From the NCBI GenBank assembly GCA_963784135.1, contig CAWAQG010000005.1, forward strand, positions 46,823 through 110,822: a stretch of 64,000 nt of DNA, read 5' to 3'. The notes under the pieces are model-generated. The model was given only the letters and a program-made list of their open reading frames with translations, had not been told where the DNA came from and did not search any database. The translations under genes and the position numbers were made by a program. The stretch's first letter is position 1, and every line of letters starts with the position of its first letter. The stretch comes from Nitrospirota bacterium (GTDB taxonomy: Bacteria > Nitrospirota > Thermodesulfovibrionia > Thermodesulfovibrionales > Dissulfurispiraceae). This document shows positions 18,044-27,274 of this stretch, piece after piece.

Positions 18044-19438
18044 CTAATCTGTTCGAAACTCACTTGATGTGATGCCATATTTCCTCATGAGGTGCTGTAG
18101 GTACTGCCGCTCTATGCCGGAGGTTTGGGCGGCCAGGGAAACATTCCCACCCATATCGCGCAGCAGGTCTGTTATGTACTCTTTATTGAATGTCTCAAGG
18201 ATCTTTTTGCGCGCTTCTTTGTAAGCGATAGTATGTATTCCGGGGCGGTTTGCAGCGGACGTGACCGGAGATTTGTTATACCCGAAATCTTCCGCCGAAA
18301 GAAAGTCGTTTTTTGAGAAAATCACCGCCCGTTTTATCCAGTTGCGAAGTTCACGGGCGTTGCCTTCCCATTCCCGGGTCATAAGCAGCTGTATCGCATC
18401 CTCCGTCAGTCTTTTCTGATCAAGCCCCATCTCCGTACAGCATGAGGACAGAAAGTGGAAAGCTATAAGGGGAATGTCTTCCCGTATCTCCCTGAGAGGC
18501 GGGGTATGGACGGGAACCACGTTGAGGCGGTAATAAAGATCTGATCTGAAAAGCCCCGCGGTGATGCCGCTTTCGAGGTCCCTGTTGGTTGCAGCTATTA
18601 TGCGCACGTCGATACTATGCGTGTCCGTAGCACCGAGAGGTTTCAGTTCTCCTTCCTGCAACACCCGAAGGAGTTTTGCCTGCAATGAGAAAGATATGTC
18701 ACCGATCTCGTCCAGGAACAGGGTGCCTCCATGCGCCGCCTGGAAAAGTCCCTCCCTGTCCGAGTTGGCCCCGGTGAACGCGCCTTTGCGATAACCGAAA
18801 AGCTCGCTCTCCAGTATGTTTTCAGGTATTGCCGGGCAGTTTACCACCACGAAGGGCTTGCCGGTCCTGCTGCTGAGGCTGTGGATCATGTGGGCCGCCA
18901 ACTCCTTTCCGGTGCCTGTCTCTCCGGTAATCAGCACAGGCACATTAGCCTTTGCAATCAACCGCAGGGTATCTATGAGTTTTTTCATCAGCAGGGATTC
19001 CCCCACGAAAAAGGCCTCTTTCTCCTTTTCCCGCAATCTCTTTTCAAGGTCCATGTTCCTAAGGAGAAGGCGCCGATACTCCAGCGCCCGCCGCACTGTA
19101 TGCAACAGCAATTCCTCCTCAAAAGGCTTGGTAATAAAGTCATAGGCCCCTTCTTTCATGGACTTAACAGCGGTATCTATGGTGCCATGAGCGGTTATCA
19201 TTATTACAGGCAGGAGGCTGTCCTTCTTTTTTATATTTTTCAAAAGTTCCATTCCGTCCATGCCCGGCATTTTCATATCGGAAAGAACACAATCGACCGT
19301 GTTTTTCTCGATAATACTCAACGCTGATTCTCCCCTGTGGGCGCTCCGGGTCTTCATATCCAGCTTACTTTCTATAAGTCCTTCAAGAAAACGCGTCGTA
19401 TCCTGATCGTCGTCGACAATCAGAACTGTCTGTTTCAC
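18044..19438 (-). CDS. Sigma54-dependent response regulator, paralogue 2
   Basis: Same architecture as 11875-13272. The AAA+ core is nearly nucleotide-identical. The likely GTG start at 19438 overlaps the kinase stop (GTGA). Confidence 0.9.
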   Translation of the reverse strand: MKQTVLIVDDDQDTTRFLEGLIESKLDMKTRSAHRGESALSIIEKNTVDCVLSDMKMPGMDGMELLKNIKKKDSLLPVIMITAHGTIDTAVKSMKEGAYDFITKPFEEELLLHTVRRALEYRRLLLRNMDLEKRLREKEKEAFFVGESLLMKKLIDTLRLIAKANVPVLITGETGTGKELAAHMIHSLSSRTGKPFVVVNCPAIPENILESELFGYRKGAFTGANSDREGLFQAAHGGTLFLDEIGDISFSLQAKLLRVLQEGELKPLGATDTHSIDVRIIAATNRDLESGITAGLFRSDLYYRLNVVPVHTPPLREIREDIPLIAFHFLSSCCTEMGLDQKRLTEDAIQLLMTREWEGNARELRNWIKRAVIFSKNDFLSAEDFGYNKSPVTSAANRPGIHTIAYKEARKKILETFNKEYITDLLRDMGGNVSLAAQTSGIERQYLQHLMRKYGITSSEFRTD

Positions 19439-21093
19439 GTCTTTTCTCCTTCGACGGGGAACCAAAGCGTAAATTGAGCGCCCGCGCCTGCTTCGCTTTG
19501 CACCGAAATCTCTCCGTTATGATCTTTTACAATGCCATGGCTCACCGCTAATCCGAGGCCGGAACCCTCTCCAAATGGCTTTGTTGTGAAGAAAGGCTCA
19601 AATATCTTATCTCTGATATCTTCGGGGATGCCGCATCCGGTATCCGAGAAAGTGATTCTTATTCCATGGCCTTTTCTGTCAAATTCAGTCCTGACCGTGA
19701 TGCTGCCGCCTGATTTCATAGCATGAAAGGAGTTCATCAGCAGATTGCTGAAAACCAGTTTTATCTTGGTTTCATCCGCAAATAAATGAGGCAGTGAGGA
19801 AGAATAGTTCCTGACTATGTTGATCCCGTTCTTCCGGAAGTTTTCCTCGAACAGGGTCACTATTGTGTCGATAACAACATTGACGTCAACAGGCGTGTAT
19901 TTGACCTTTGCCTGTCGGGAAAAACTCAGGAGATCCTCGATGAATTTCTTGCAGAGAAGCGCGTTGTTATAGGCAACGTCCAGATTTTCACGCAGCTGAC
20001 CCCCTGGAGGGCATTCCTTGCGCGCCGCTTTCGTATACCCGAGAATAAGATTGAGCGGATTGTTAATTTCATGAGCAACACCTGCGGCCATTTGCCCTAT
20101 GGAAGAAAGTTTATCTGCCCGCAGCACCTGTTCCTCCATCATTCTTCTTTTTTCCTCGGATTCCTTCAGATACCCCATCATACTGTTGAATGATTCTGCC
20201 AGATCAGCCACCTCTTCATAATCACGGCTTTCGAAATGAACGTCAAGGCCCCGATGTCCGCTGATTACTTCTTTGAAGAATGAACTCATTCGTTTGAGTG
20301 GAACAACAGCCACTTTGTAATGAAAAAAATTGAGCGCGACGAAAAGCCCCGCCATGGCTGCAACCCCAAGCAGGAAAGAGTAAAAGACCACTTGCCGGAG
20401 CTGATGGAATGTCTCGGTTACCGGCACCGAGATGGACTCCAGACCCACAACATCTCCAACTTCCCAGTGGCGACCGTGAACTTTCCCGTATTTACTTGTG
20501 ATAGACAGCGGCGAAGAATCCGGATCACCATGACAAAGCAGACACGGTCCCTCCATGACAACCGCCTTGAGATTAAGGAAGTAATCCTGACCGTTTCTGG
20601 TGACCAGACCCTTCCACTGTTGCTTTGCAGCCGGGGTATTGCGGAATCGTTTTATAAAGGCATCTTCAAAAATATCCGCCTTGTTGGCCTGGTTCATGGG
20701 ATCAATGGCGACTCTTCGGTATATGTAGCGCGGAAATTTTTGTTTGAACCTATTCATTATTCCCTTATTTATGAAAGAATTAGACATGACTTGCTGAATA
20801 AAGACATTCCCGGGAAGTAAATGGAATATCTGGGGCCGAAGCTCATCGCGGGCATAATCCATAGTGGCGTCGATATGCCCAAGCACGATATCTGTTTTTT
20901 CGTAGGCTTCCTTGATATATATTTTCTTCAAATAATCATAGGCAACAAAGGAAAGGAGTGTTATAACACACAAGAGAATAGAGCCAAACCCAAATATGAA
21001 TTTAGCCGTAAGTGTTGAGCTGCCCTGTTTTTTTAAACTGCCCAAATTTATCTGATGAGACAATTTTTTAAGATTTCTACTTGTAACATGCAA
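19435..21093 (-). CDS. Sensor histidine kinase with DUF3365/Tll0287-like periplasmic domain carrying a CxxCH haem-c motif
   Basis: N-terminal TM; GPCLLCHGDPDSSP (CXXCH); second TM plus HAMP-like linker; H-box AHEINNPL; HATPase N/G boxes (NLLMNSFHAM, DTGCGI, GSGLGL). Confidence 0.85.
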   Translation of the reverse strand: MHVTSRNLKKLSHQINLGSLKKQGSSTLTAKFIFGFGSILLCVITLLSFVAYDYLKKIYIKEAYEKTDIVLGHIDATMDYARDELRPQIFHLLPGNVFIQQVMSNSFINKGIMNRFKQKFPRYIYRRVAIDPMNQANKADIFEDAFIKRFRNTPAAKQQWKGLVTRNGQDYFLNLKAVVMEGPCLLCHGDPDSSPLSITSKYGKVHGRHWEVGDVVGLESISVPVTETFHQLRQVVFYSFLLGVAAMAGLFVALNFFHYKVAVVPLKRMSSFFKEVISGHRGLDVHFESRDYEEVADLAESFNSMMGYLKESEEKRRMMEEQVLRADKLSSIGQMAAGVAHEINNPLNLILGYTKAARKECPPGGQLRENLDVAYNNALLCKKFIEDLLSFSRQAKVKYTPVDVNVVIDTIVTLFEENFRKNGINIVRNYSSSLPHLFADETKIKLVFSNLLMNSFHAMKSGGSITVRTEFDRKGHGIRITFSDTGCGIPEDIRDKIFEPFFTTKPFGEGSGLGLAVSHGIVKDHNGEISVQSEAGAGAQFTLWFPVEGEKT

Positions 21094-21339
21094 TATTATA
21101 ACAAAACCACAGGTGAGCGGTATAGCGGGCGCAACTTGAGGCCGGAAGGGAAACCACGATTGTGCGGATAAAAAGGCGTGTTCTACAAGAATAAAAACTG
21201 TGCCTCTCGCGAAGACTTGTGGGAAATGGTACCAATCGCCGAAAATGCCGGGTCACTTCCTTTGAGGCAGCTGCCTATGATTGGAACTTTTTATTTTCGT
21301 TGTTTGTGAGTTTTGATAGTTGGCAGGGTGCAATATCAA

Positions 21340-22857
21340 TTAGGATTTCAGTATCATCTGGTTTGCCGAGGAACGCGTTTCTCCTATGGAAGTTACGCGC
21401 ACTGCGGGATGATCATGGATCGGGCACTTGTTCTCGCATATTCCGCAACCGATGCAAAGATTTGGATCTACGCGGGGCCGCTTCAATACTTTCTTTGCTC
21501 CGTCTCTAAGCTGCACCTCAACGCTTTCAAACCAGATCGCCTTTGGAGATGTGGGACAGACCTCTTCGCAAACGATGCAGTCTATGTTCATTGCCCAGGG
21601 AAGACACCTCCCCCGGTCGTAGAATGCAGTGCCGATTTTGACCGGTTTCTGTCCGGCGGCCTTTCCCAATTTTTTCTCAACCGTCAGCGGGGTGATGGCA
21701 CCCGTAGGGCATGCATGGCCGCAGAGCACACAGTTATATTCACAATACCCTATATTGTTAATCAATACCGGCGTCCATAGTCCCTCAAATCCCGCCTCCA
21801 GCAGCGCCGGCTGGATTGCATTGGTGGGACATACCTTCATACACTCGCCGCACTTAATGCATCTTCGCAGAAAATCCCCTTCCCGAATAGAACCGGGCGG
21901 CCTTATCACATGGTACTGGGCCGAAGTTTTTGAAGTTATGGTGCTCCGCATTACAGGGAAAACGAGCGCTCCTGCGACAGCACTTTCGATCAGTCTGCGC
22001 CGGCCCACGTCGAGGGGCATGTGCACGGAACTTGAGAGGTTGGAAAGACCGTAATGGATTGCGTCTTCGGGACAGTCCTCAATACAGTTCATGCATAGAT
22101 GACATTCGGTGGTGCGTACAGCCCTGTCCGGATCACACCCGCCATGGCAGTGTGCAAGGCACTTCCTGCAATCGGTGCAGCGGTCCACATCGCGCCATAT
22201 ACTGAAAAGCGGCCTGAAGGAGAGCAGCCCTAAAAGCGCACCCAGAGGGCATACCGCGCGGCACCAGAAACGGGGCAGGAACCTGTTTGCAAAGAGCACC
22301 GCAAGAAAGATCATTCCAAGAAATGTCCCGCCATGGAAAAGAGGCTGTTTGAGATAGAGCAGGCCGCTGTTGTAATTAAATCCGGGGAATACAGCTATAG
22401 CAAAAGACCTTGTGATGAGCGGAATGGGATCAAGCAGCCCTATCTGGAGGGACCCGAGGGCCGCAAGAGCGACCAGGAAAGCAAGAATATAATATTTGAG
22501 CCGGTAAAGGGGGCGGTAGGAATTCATCGCCACAGTATCCACCGCCCTTAATTTATTGAAAATACTTCCCGTAATCTGGTTGATAATCCCGAGAGGGCAT
22601 ATCCAGGAACAGAAGAAACGTCCGAAAAAGAGTGTGCCGATGATAATAAATAACGAAAGGGCAAGTCCCTTGTAGATGGTCCAGCTCGTCAAAAAAGATG
22701 CGACTGCAACAAGCGGGTCCAGCTCAAGAAACAGCGGTGTCTCATAGCCTTTCATGCGTCTGAAGCCGGTAAGCCAGAGCAGGAGCACAAAGAGCAGAAT
22801 GAAAAAAACTGCGTAGGTCCTTCTGATATTCCTGAGAGTAAGAAGTCCGGCAATCAT
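21340..22857 (-). CDS. Membrane polyferredoxin (NapH/MauN-like N-terminal membrane domain + six [4Fe-4S]-type motifs)
   Basis: CSWICPLG and CRAVCPLG in the membrane part. The C-terminal part carries CTDCRKC, CHLCMNCIEDCP, CIKCGECMKVCP, CVLCGHACP, CIVCEEVCP and CIGCGICENKCP. Confidence 0.8.
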   Translation of the reverse strand: MIAGLLTLRNIRRTYAVFFILLFVLLLWLTGFRRMKGYETPLFLELDPLVAVASFLTSWTIYKGLALSLFIIIGTLFFGRFFCSWICPLGIINQITGSIFNKLRAVDTVAMNSYRPLYRLKYYILAFLVALAALGSLQIGLLDPIPLITRSFAIAVFPGFNYNSGLLYLKQPLFHGGTFLGMIFLAVLFANRFLPRFWCRAVCPLGALLGLLSFRPLFSIWRDVDRCTDCRKCLAHCHGGCDPDRAVRTTECHLCMNCIEDCPEDAIHYGLSNLSSSVHMPLDVGRRRLIESAVAGALVFPVMRSTITSKTSAQYHVIRPPGSIREGDFLRRCIKCGECMKVCPTNAIQPALLEAGFEGLWTPVLINNIGYCEYNCVLCGHACPTGAITPLTVEKKLGKAAGQKPVKIGTAFYDRGRCLPWAMNIDCIVCEEVCPTSPKAIWFESVEVQLRDGAKKVLKRPRVDPNLCIGCGICENKCPIHDHPAVRVTSIGETRSSANQMILKS

Positions 22858-23843
22858 ACGTTTATTTCAGCAACATTGAGGGATTTCCAGTCAGAAATAC
22901 CTATGCCTCTTTTCTCCGCCATCCCGATAAAAGGTATGTCCTCGACCCTCAGATCGAGAAATCTGAGACCGTAAGCTTCTACTGCCACAATATCAGTACC
23001 TGCGATGACCGTATTCTGGATGGATACGTCCGAGAGGTTACCGCCGGTGGGACCGTTTCTAAAGAGTACCCGCGTGGCATCCATAACAATGAGCGTTGGT
23101 CTGATAGCTGAGGCAAGATCGGCGATTGCGGTGTTTATGTCCTGGTGCAGGCGGTTCCTCTGGCCGCCGAGAGAACCGTAAAGGTTTTTCATCGCCATCG
23201 TACATTTGCTCAAAGAGTGATGTTTCACTATCGGCAGGTTGATGAGTTTGTCTGCCTGGTGATAGAAGCGGCTCACAGGCCATACTTTCAGGGATTCGCC
23301 TTTCAGATCGGTCGGCACAAAGTCGTTCTCGGCCGCCAGCCTGATCTTTCCTCCGGCTCTTTTCACGGCAGCCTCTATCCCGGAGCGGGCAAAACACCGG
23401 TAAGGATCGTTCACCGATGCATCAGTTACCCAGACCTCGGAGGCCCGGGCCTCAAGGCATAGCTTCACCACAGAAGCCACAACATCCGGATTGGTGTTTG
23501 CGGCCTGTTCAGGCTGTCTGTCCCAGGCAGCGTTCGGCTTCAGCAAAACCCTTTCTCCCGGGCTTACAAAACGGCCCATGCCGCCGATTCTCTCTATTGC
23601 GGCCCTCACCATCTTGTCGGCATCTTTGCCCCGTGCCACCGCCAACTGAGGATATATTTTTTTATCTTCAACGCGGTAGTCCCTGAAGGTATATATTTTT
23701 GAATCGCTCCTTCGCACCGGCTCTTTACTATAAAAAACATACCCCCATACTCCGGAAACTGCCGCGAGTCCGCAGGCGGCAGCGGTCCTCAACAGAAACT
23801 GCCTTCTGGTCCCCTCTTCTTTCTTGTTATGCTTCGACGACAT
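22854..23843 (-). CDS. DUF362-like protein with twin-arginine signal
   Basis: TRRQFLLRTAAACGLAAV Tat motif; VLLKPNAAW block typical of DUF362. A 4-nt overlap links it to the downstream polyferredoxin. Confidence 0.6.
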   Translation of the reverse strand: MSSKHNKKEEGTRRQFLLRTAAACGLAAVSGVWGYVFYSKEPVRRSDSKIYTFRDYRVEDKKIYPQLAVARGKDADKMVRAAIERIGGMGRFVSPGERVLLKPNAAWDRQPEQAANTNPDVVASVVKLCLEARASEVWVTDASVNDPYRCFARSGIEAAVKRAGGKIRLAAENDFVPTDLKGESLKVWPVSRFYHQADKLINLPIVKHHSLSKCTMAMKNLYGSLGGQRNRLHQDINTAIADLASAIRPTLIVMDATRVLFRNGPTGGNLSDVSIQNTVIAGTDIVAVEAYGLRFLDLRVEDIPFIGMAEKRGIGISDWKSLNVAEINV

Positions 23844-23864
23844 AGTACCAACTCAAAGGTTTCT

Positions 23865-24881
23865 TTATCGCTTCCCTTTTGCAAAGAACTTCAATAATCC
23901 TTCATCATCGGTCCCAAACAGACCGAAAATCGCGGTCTTGCCCGGAATCAGAAACCAGTTGCCCTCATATTTGTCTATTACCTTATACGCTTCACTTCCA
24001 TTACTTTCGGTCTTCTCATATTTTATGCCGGATTTCCTGAAATAGTCCATAAAAGACGCCAAAAGCGATTTCATTTCCTCTTCGCTGCCTGTCATGAGCG
24101 CAACCGTGATCTTTTTCCCTCCTGTGGAGTACCCGCGTTCTATCACGTTATGGAGGAAATCGAGCCCCCGGTAGCCCTCCTTCACAAACCTCGTTTTTTC
24201 AACTTTCCCGAGGTCCGGGAATCTGGAGAATATCTTGTTAAAGGAATCCTGTCCGGGTGAGAGCGTGTCGCTGAATTCCTTCGCAAATTTAAGCGCAGGG
24301 GCCTTTGGATTGTAAGCGTTGATCTTCACGTAATAGCGGCCCTTAATGAAGTTCACGCCTCCCGATGTCCTGAATCCCATTGTACCCACAGAAACCGCCT
24401 GAGGATTTTCTCCGGATTCATCCACCAGAACGCCAAAAGCCTGTATGCCCTTCCCCATATCATATGTCTCAACCTGGATATCCGGCTGTGCAGTCCTGGA
24501 TTCCATAGCTACATACTCCGTTACTGTAAGCCCCGTAAATCCTGCTCCGATAAAATACTCCGCATGGCCGTCAACGTGCTCGTAGAGATTTTCCTTGGTG
24601 TAGCGGTGCTCCTCACCCAATAGCCGGAAACCAGTAATCCCGGCACCCCCGGAATGTCGCAGCCTTTCCGGGGTGGGAATCTCATTCACAACTTCAGTAG
24701 AGATGGTCTTGTCCACGGGCTGAGGCAGTGCGTTTACCGCCTGCGGCAGCGTACCCTCAGCCGTCTTAAAATCGATCAGGGCAGGATCATAGCTTTGGCC
24801 TCTGACGTAGAGGACTGCTGCTATGCACGGAAGCAGCCCCAGCAGGACAACGCGATATATGAGTGGAACGGAACGCATCAC
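23865..24881 (-). CDS. Hypothetical exported/anchored protein
   Basis: An N-terminal TM/signal anchor and no motif I recognise. It is tightly packed between the AKR and DUF362 genes. Confidence 0.5.
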   Translation of the reverse strand: MMRSVPLIYRVVLLGLLPCIAAVLYVRGQSYDPALIDFKTAEGTLPQAVNALPQPVDKTISTEVVNEIPTPERLRHSGGAGITGFRLLGEEHRYTKENLYEHVDGHAEYFIGAGFTGLTVTEYVAMESRTAQPDIQVETYDMGKGIQAFGVLVDESGENPQAVSVGTMGFRTSGGVNFIKGRYYVKINAYNPKAPALKFAKEFSDTLSPGQDSFNKIFSRFPDLGKVEKTRFVKEGYRGLDFLHNVIERGYSTGGKKITVALMTGSEEEMKSLLASFMDYFRKSGIKYEKTESNGSEAYKVIDKYEGNWFLIPGKTAIFGLFGTDDEGLLKFFAKGKR

Positions 24882-26068
24882 GACATAAGCGACATGGACT
24901 CATGCGCATCGCAGAGCATTTCCTTTACAGGTAGTCCGTAAGGACATTTCCCGGCGCAGGCCGCTCCATCGCATTCTGCACAGGCTGCCGAGTTTCTTGT
25001 CAGAGCTGCATAAGACTGTATCGCCCTTTTCTCCATTCCATAGTCTTTGAAATACATGTGGTATCTCATGACCGAGGCAATCTCCACGCCTGCGGGGCAC
25101 GATACTTCGCACTCGCCGCAGCCTGTTCTGCAGTATTCTTTGCTGTACAGTCCGGCATAACGATCAAGGACCCTTTGGTCAGCAGATGTGAATTCTGCGC
25201 CGGAGGCCTTCAGATAAAGTTCGATGTCGGCAACCGTTTTCATCGTTATAATAAGACCGCTCACCTCCGCGTGCTTCAGCACCCACTTGAAGGCCGCCTG
25301 GGGAAAATCCTCTTCCCCGGCCTCCATCTTCATGTCTTTAGCCCCTGCAAGGGTCTTCATGGCGATTACTCCTACCCCCTGCTTGTGGGCCTCTTTCATC
25401 ACCTCGGGCAACTGCGGAAATTTCATGAAGTTGAAGGACGGCTGGATCACATCAAAACGGCCCGACTTGACAGCAGTCATCAGGAGTTCTTCCATGTTAT
25501 TGGGGCCATGAGACGACGTGCCCAGAAAACGGATTTTCCCGGCCTGCTTAAGCTCGGCCACCGCCCCGAACATCTCGTCGGACAAAAGCCTTTTCTTCTC
25601 TATTTCCATGTCCTTGTTCATCTCCCCGATAGCATGTACAAAAACGAAATCGAGGTAATCGGTCTTCATCCTCGACAGGCTGCCCTCGACAGCGGCTATG
25701 TAATCCTTCTTCATTGAGTCCACGGGAAGATGTCCCGGGTAAGGCATGGAATTGCAGAATTTAGACGTAATGATGATCTTGTCCCTATGGATTTTTCCCA
25801 TAGCTTCGCCGATGGTTTTCTCTGACAGGCCGTAATCCGGAGCAGTGTCAAAATAATTAATACCGCTGTCCACCGCCCTGAGCACCATCGATGCAGCCGA
25901 GAGTTTTCCGGCGCCGAATGATATATCACTCATCTTCAGACCGGTTTTACCGATTTCACGATAGCTTTTGACCGACGGGGTGTTCTGAACTGTTTCCGCG
26001 CGGAGAGGCTGTGCTGCCGCACCGGCAGTCGCGATGGCCGCCACCTTGAGAAAATCCCTTCTGTTCAT
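24878..26068 (-). CDS. Tat-signal aldo/keto reductase fused to a C-terminal Cys-rich (Fe-S) domain
   Basis: The start is set at MNRRDFLKVAAIATAGAAA (RRxFLK). AKR core FDTAPDYG...; C-terminal CRTGCGECEVSCP ... CAECDGAACAGKCP. Confidence 0.75.
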   Translation of the reverse strand: MNRRDFLKVAAIATAGAAAQPLRAETVQNTPSVKSYREIGKTGLKMSDISFGAGKLSAASMVLRAVDSGINYFDTAPDYGLSEKTIGEAMGKIHRDKIIITSKFCNSMPYPGHLPVDSMKKDYIAAVEGSLSRMKTDYLDFVFVHAIGEMNKDMEIEKKRLLSDEMFGAVAELKQAGKIRFLGTSSHGPNNMEELLMTAVKSGRFDVIQPSFNFMKFPQLPEVMKEAHKQGVGVIAMKTLAGAKDMKMEAGEEDFPQAAFKWVLKHAEVSGLIITMKTVADIELYLKASGAEFTSADQRVLDRYAGLYSKEYCRTGCGECEVSCPAGVEIASVMRYHMYFKDYGMEKRAIQSYAALTRNSAACAECDGAACAGKCPYGLPVKEMLCDAHESMSLMS

Positions 26069-26224
26069 AATGAAACCTCCTCTGCTGTTTAAAGGAATAT
26101 ATTTAATTATATTCGTTCGCTGACCTCCGTGCAAGACCGCGGGGGATGCGTTCTTTAACCACTCGTCTATTAATCGCCCATTTTATGCTAAAATGCATAT
26201 AAATATCATGAACGGTGATCATAT

Positions 26225-26476
26225 ATGCCTCTGCCGGTAAAAATATATACCCTCAGCACTTGCAGCCACTGCAATGCTGTAAAAAAGTTCTTGTCGGATT
26301 GTGCAGTAAAATATGAGTTTACAGATGTGGATTTACTGTCCGGAGAGGAGCGGCATGCAATACTTGAGGACATAAAAAAAATCAACCCCTTATGTAGTTT
26401 TCCCACCATAATAATCGGAGATAGAATCATCATCGGATTCAGGGAAAATGACATCCGGGAGGCACTCGGGTTGTGA
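26225..26476 (+). CDS. Glutaredoxin/NrdH-like small thiol-disulfide protein
   Basis: 83 aa with active site CSHC (KIYTLSTCSHCNAVKKFL) and a Grx fold end, FPTIIIGDRIIIG. Confidence 0.75.
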   Translation: MPLPVKIYTLSTCSHCNAVKKFLSDCAVKYEFTDVDLLSGEERHAILEDIKKINPLCSFPTIIIGDRIIIGFRENDIREALGL

Positions 26477-26808
26477 ACAACATTGAACAACTGTATGAAC
26501 TGCTGAAAAAATCTCAGGAAGCCAGGGGCTATCATTTCAATAGTGCTGAAACTATGGTCTTTGATCTGCTGAAAGGGCTCCTGATGAACAAGGAGCGATA
26601 TGGATACATGTCATGCCCTTGCAGGCTTGCTTCCGGTAATTATGAGCAGGACAGAGACATAATCTGTCCATGTATGTACCGTGGGCCTGATTTGGAGGAA
26701 TTCGGCAGTTGTTACTGTGGTCTCTACGTTTCACAGGACTGGTCTGAGGAGAAGATCGAACACGTCTATGTTCCCGAAAGGAGACCTCCGGAAAAAATAC
26801 CTCGATAG
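26473..26808 (+). CDS. Ferredoxin-thioredoxin reductase catalytic-subunit-like protein
   Basis: CPCR...CPC...CYC cysteine pattern (YMSCPCRLASG, IICPCMY, GSCYCGLY). The GTG start overlaps the Grx stop (GTGA). Confidence 0.7.
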   Translation: MNNIEQLYELLKKSQEARGYHFNSAETMVFDLLKGLLMNKERYGYMSCPCRLASGNYEQDRDIICPCMYRGPDLEEFGSCYCGLYVSQDWSEEKIEHVYVPERRPPEKIPR

Positions 26809-26910
26809 TATGTTATCAAAAAAACAACTTACGCAACATCCCATTCCCCCGGTTTTAAGTGTATTAAAATATCTCTGCTTCCATGTATTACCGCAACCAC
26901 ATAAGGCTGT

Positions 26911-27117
26911 CTAATGCAGGTTCTGTCCATGTGACGCGAGCCATGTTCTCACCCTTTTCTCTGCCTCGTCCTGTGATACAATCTTCTCTTCGTCAACTGC
27001 TTTGATTCCCTTCTCGACCTTTTCAAGCACATAGAGATGATACTGAATATCTTCATACGTGCAATCCTCAGACAATGTTTTAATAAGGTTTATTGCTTGT
27101 TCCTTGACAATAGGCAT
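26911..27117 (-). CDS. Small acidic protein, possibly an orphan antitoxin-like component
   Basis: 68 aa; the pattern LSEDCTYEDIQYHLYVLEKVEKG resembles small TA-associated proteins. No toxin partner is visible. Confidence 0.3.
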   Translation of the reverse strand: MPIVKEQAINLIKTLSEDCTYEDIQYHLYVLEKVEKGIKAVDEEKIVSQDEAEKRVRTWLASHGQNLH

Positions 27118-27274
27118 TTCGTCCTCCTCTCAAAACAATAGTTTATTCCCTTGATTCTATTCGTTTCTGAAGCTCATCGAGGGATAGGAGTTTTCCTGGA
27201 TTAGATTTTTGTATAAACAATCTTCTGTCCAACTCAGTCATATGGCTCTGCGGGACAGTAATGTCATGTGGAAG

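Noticed and set aside
27145-27243. A 32-aa minus-strand ORF (MTELDRRLFIQKSNPGKLLSLDELQKRIESRE) upstream of the 68-aa antitoxin-like gene, as a possible TA partner.
   Set aside because: It is too short, has no recognisable toxin or antitoxin motif, and no clear SD. I kept only a note under the 26911-27117 feature.
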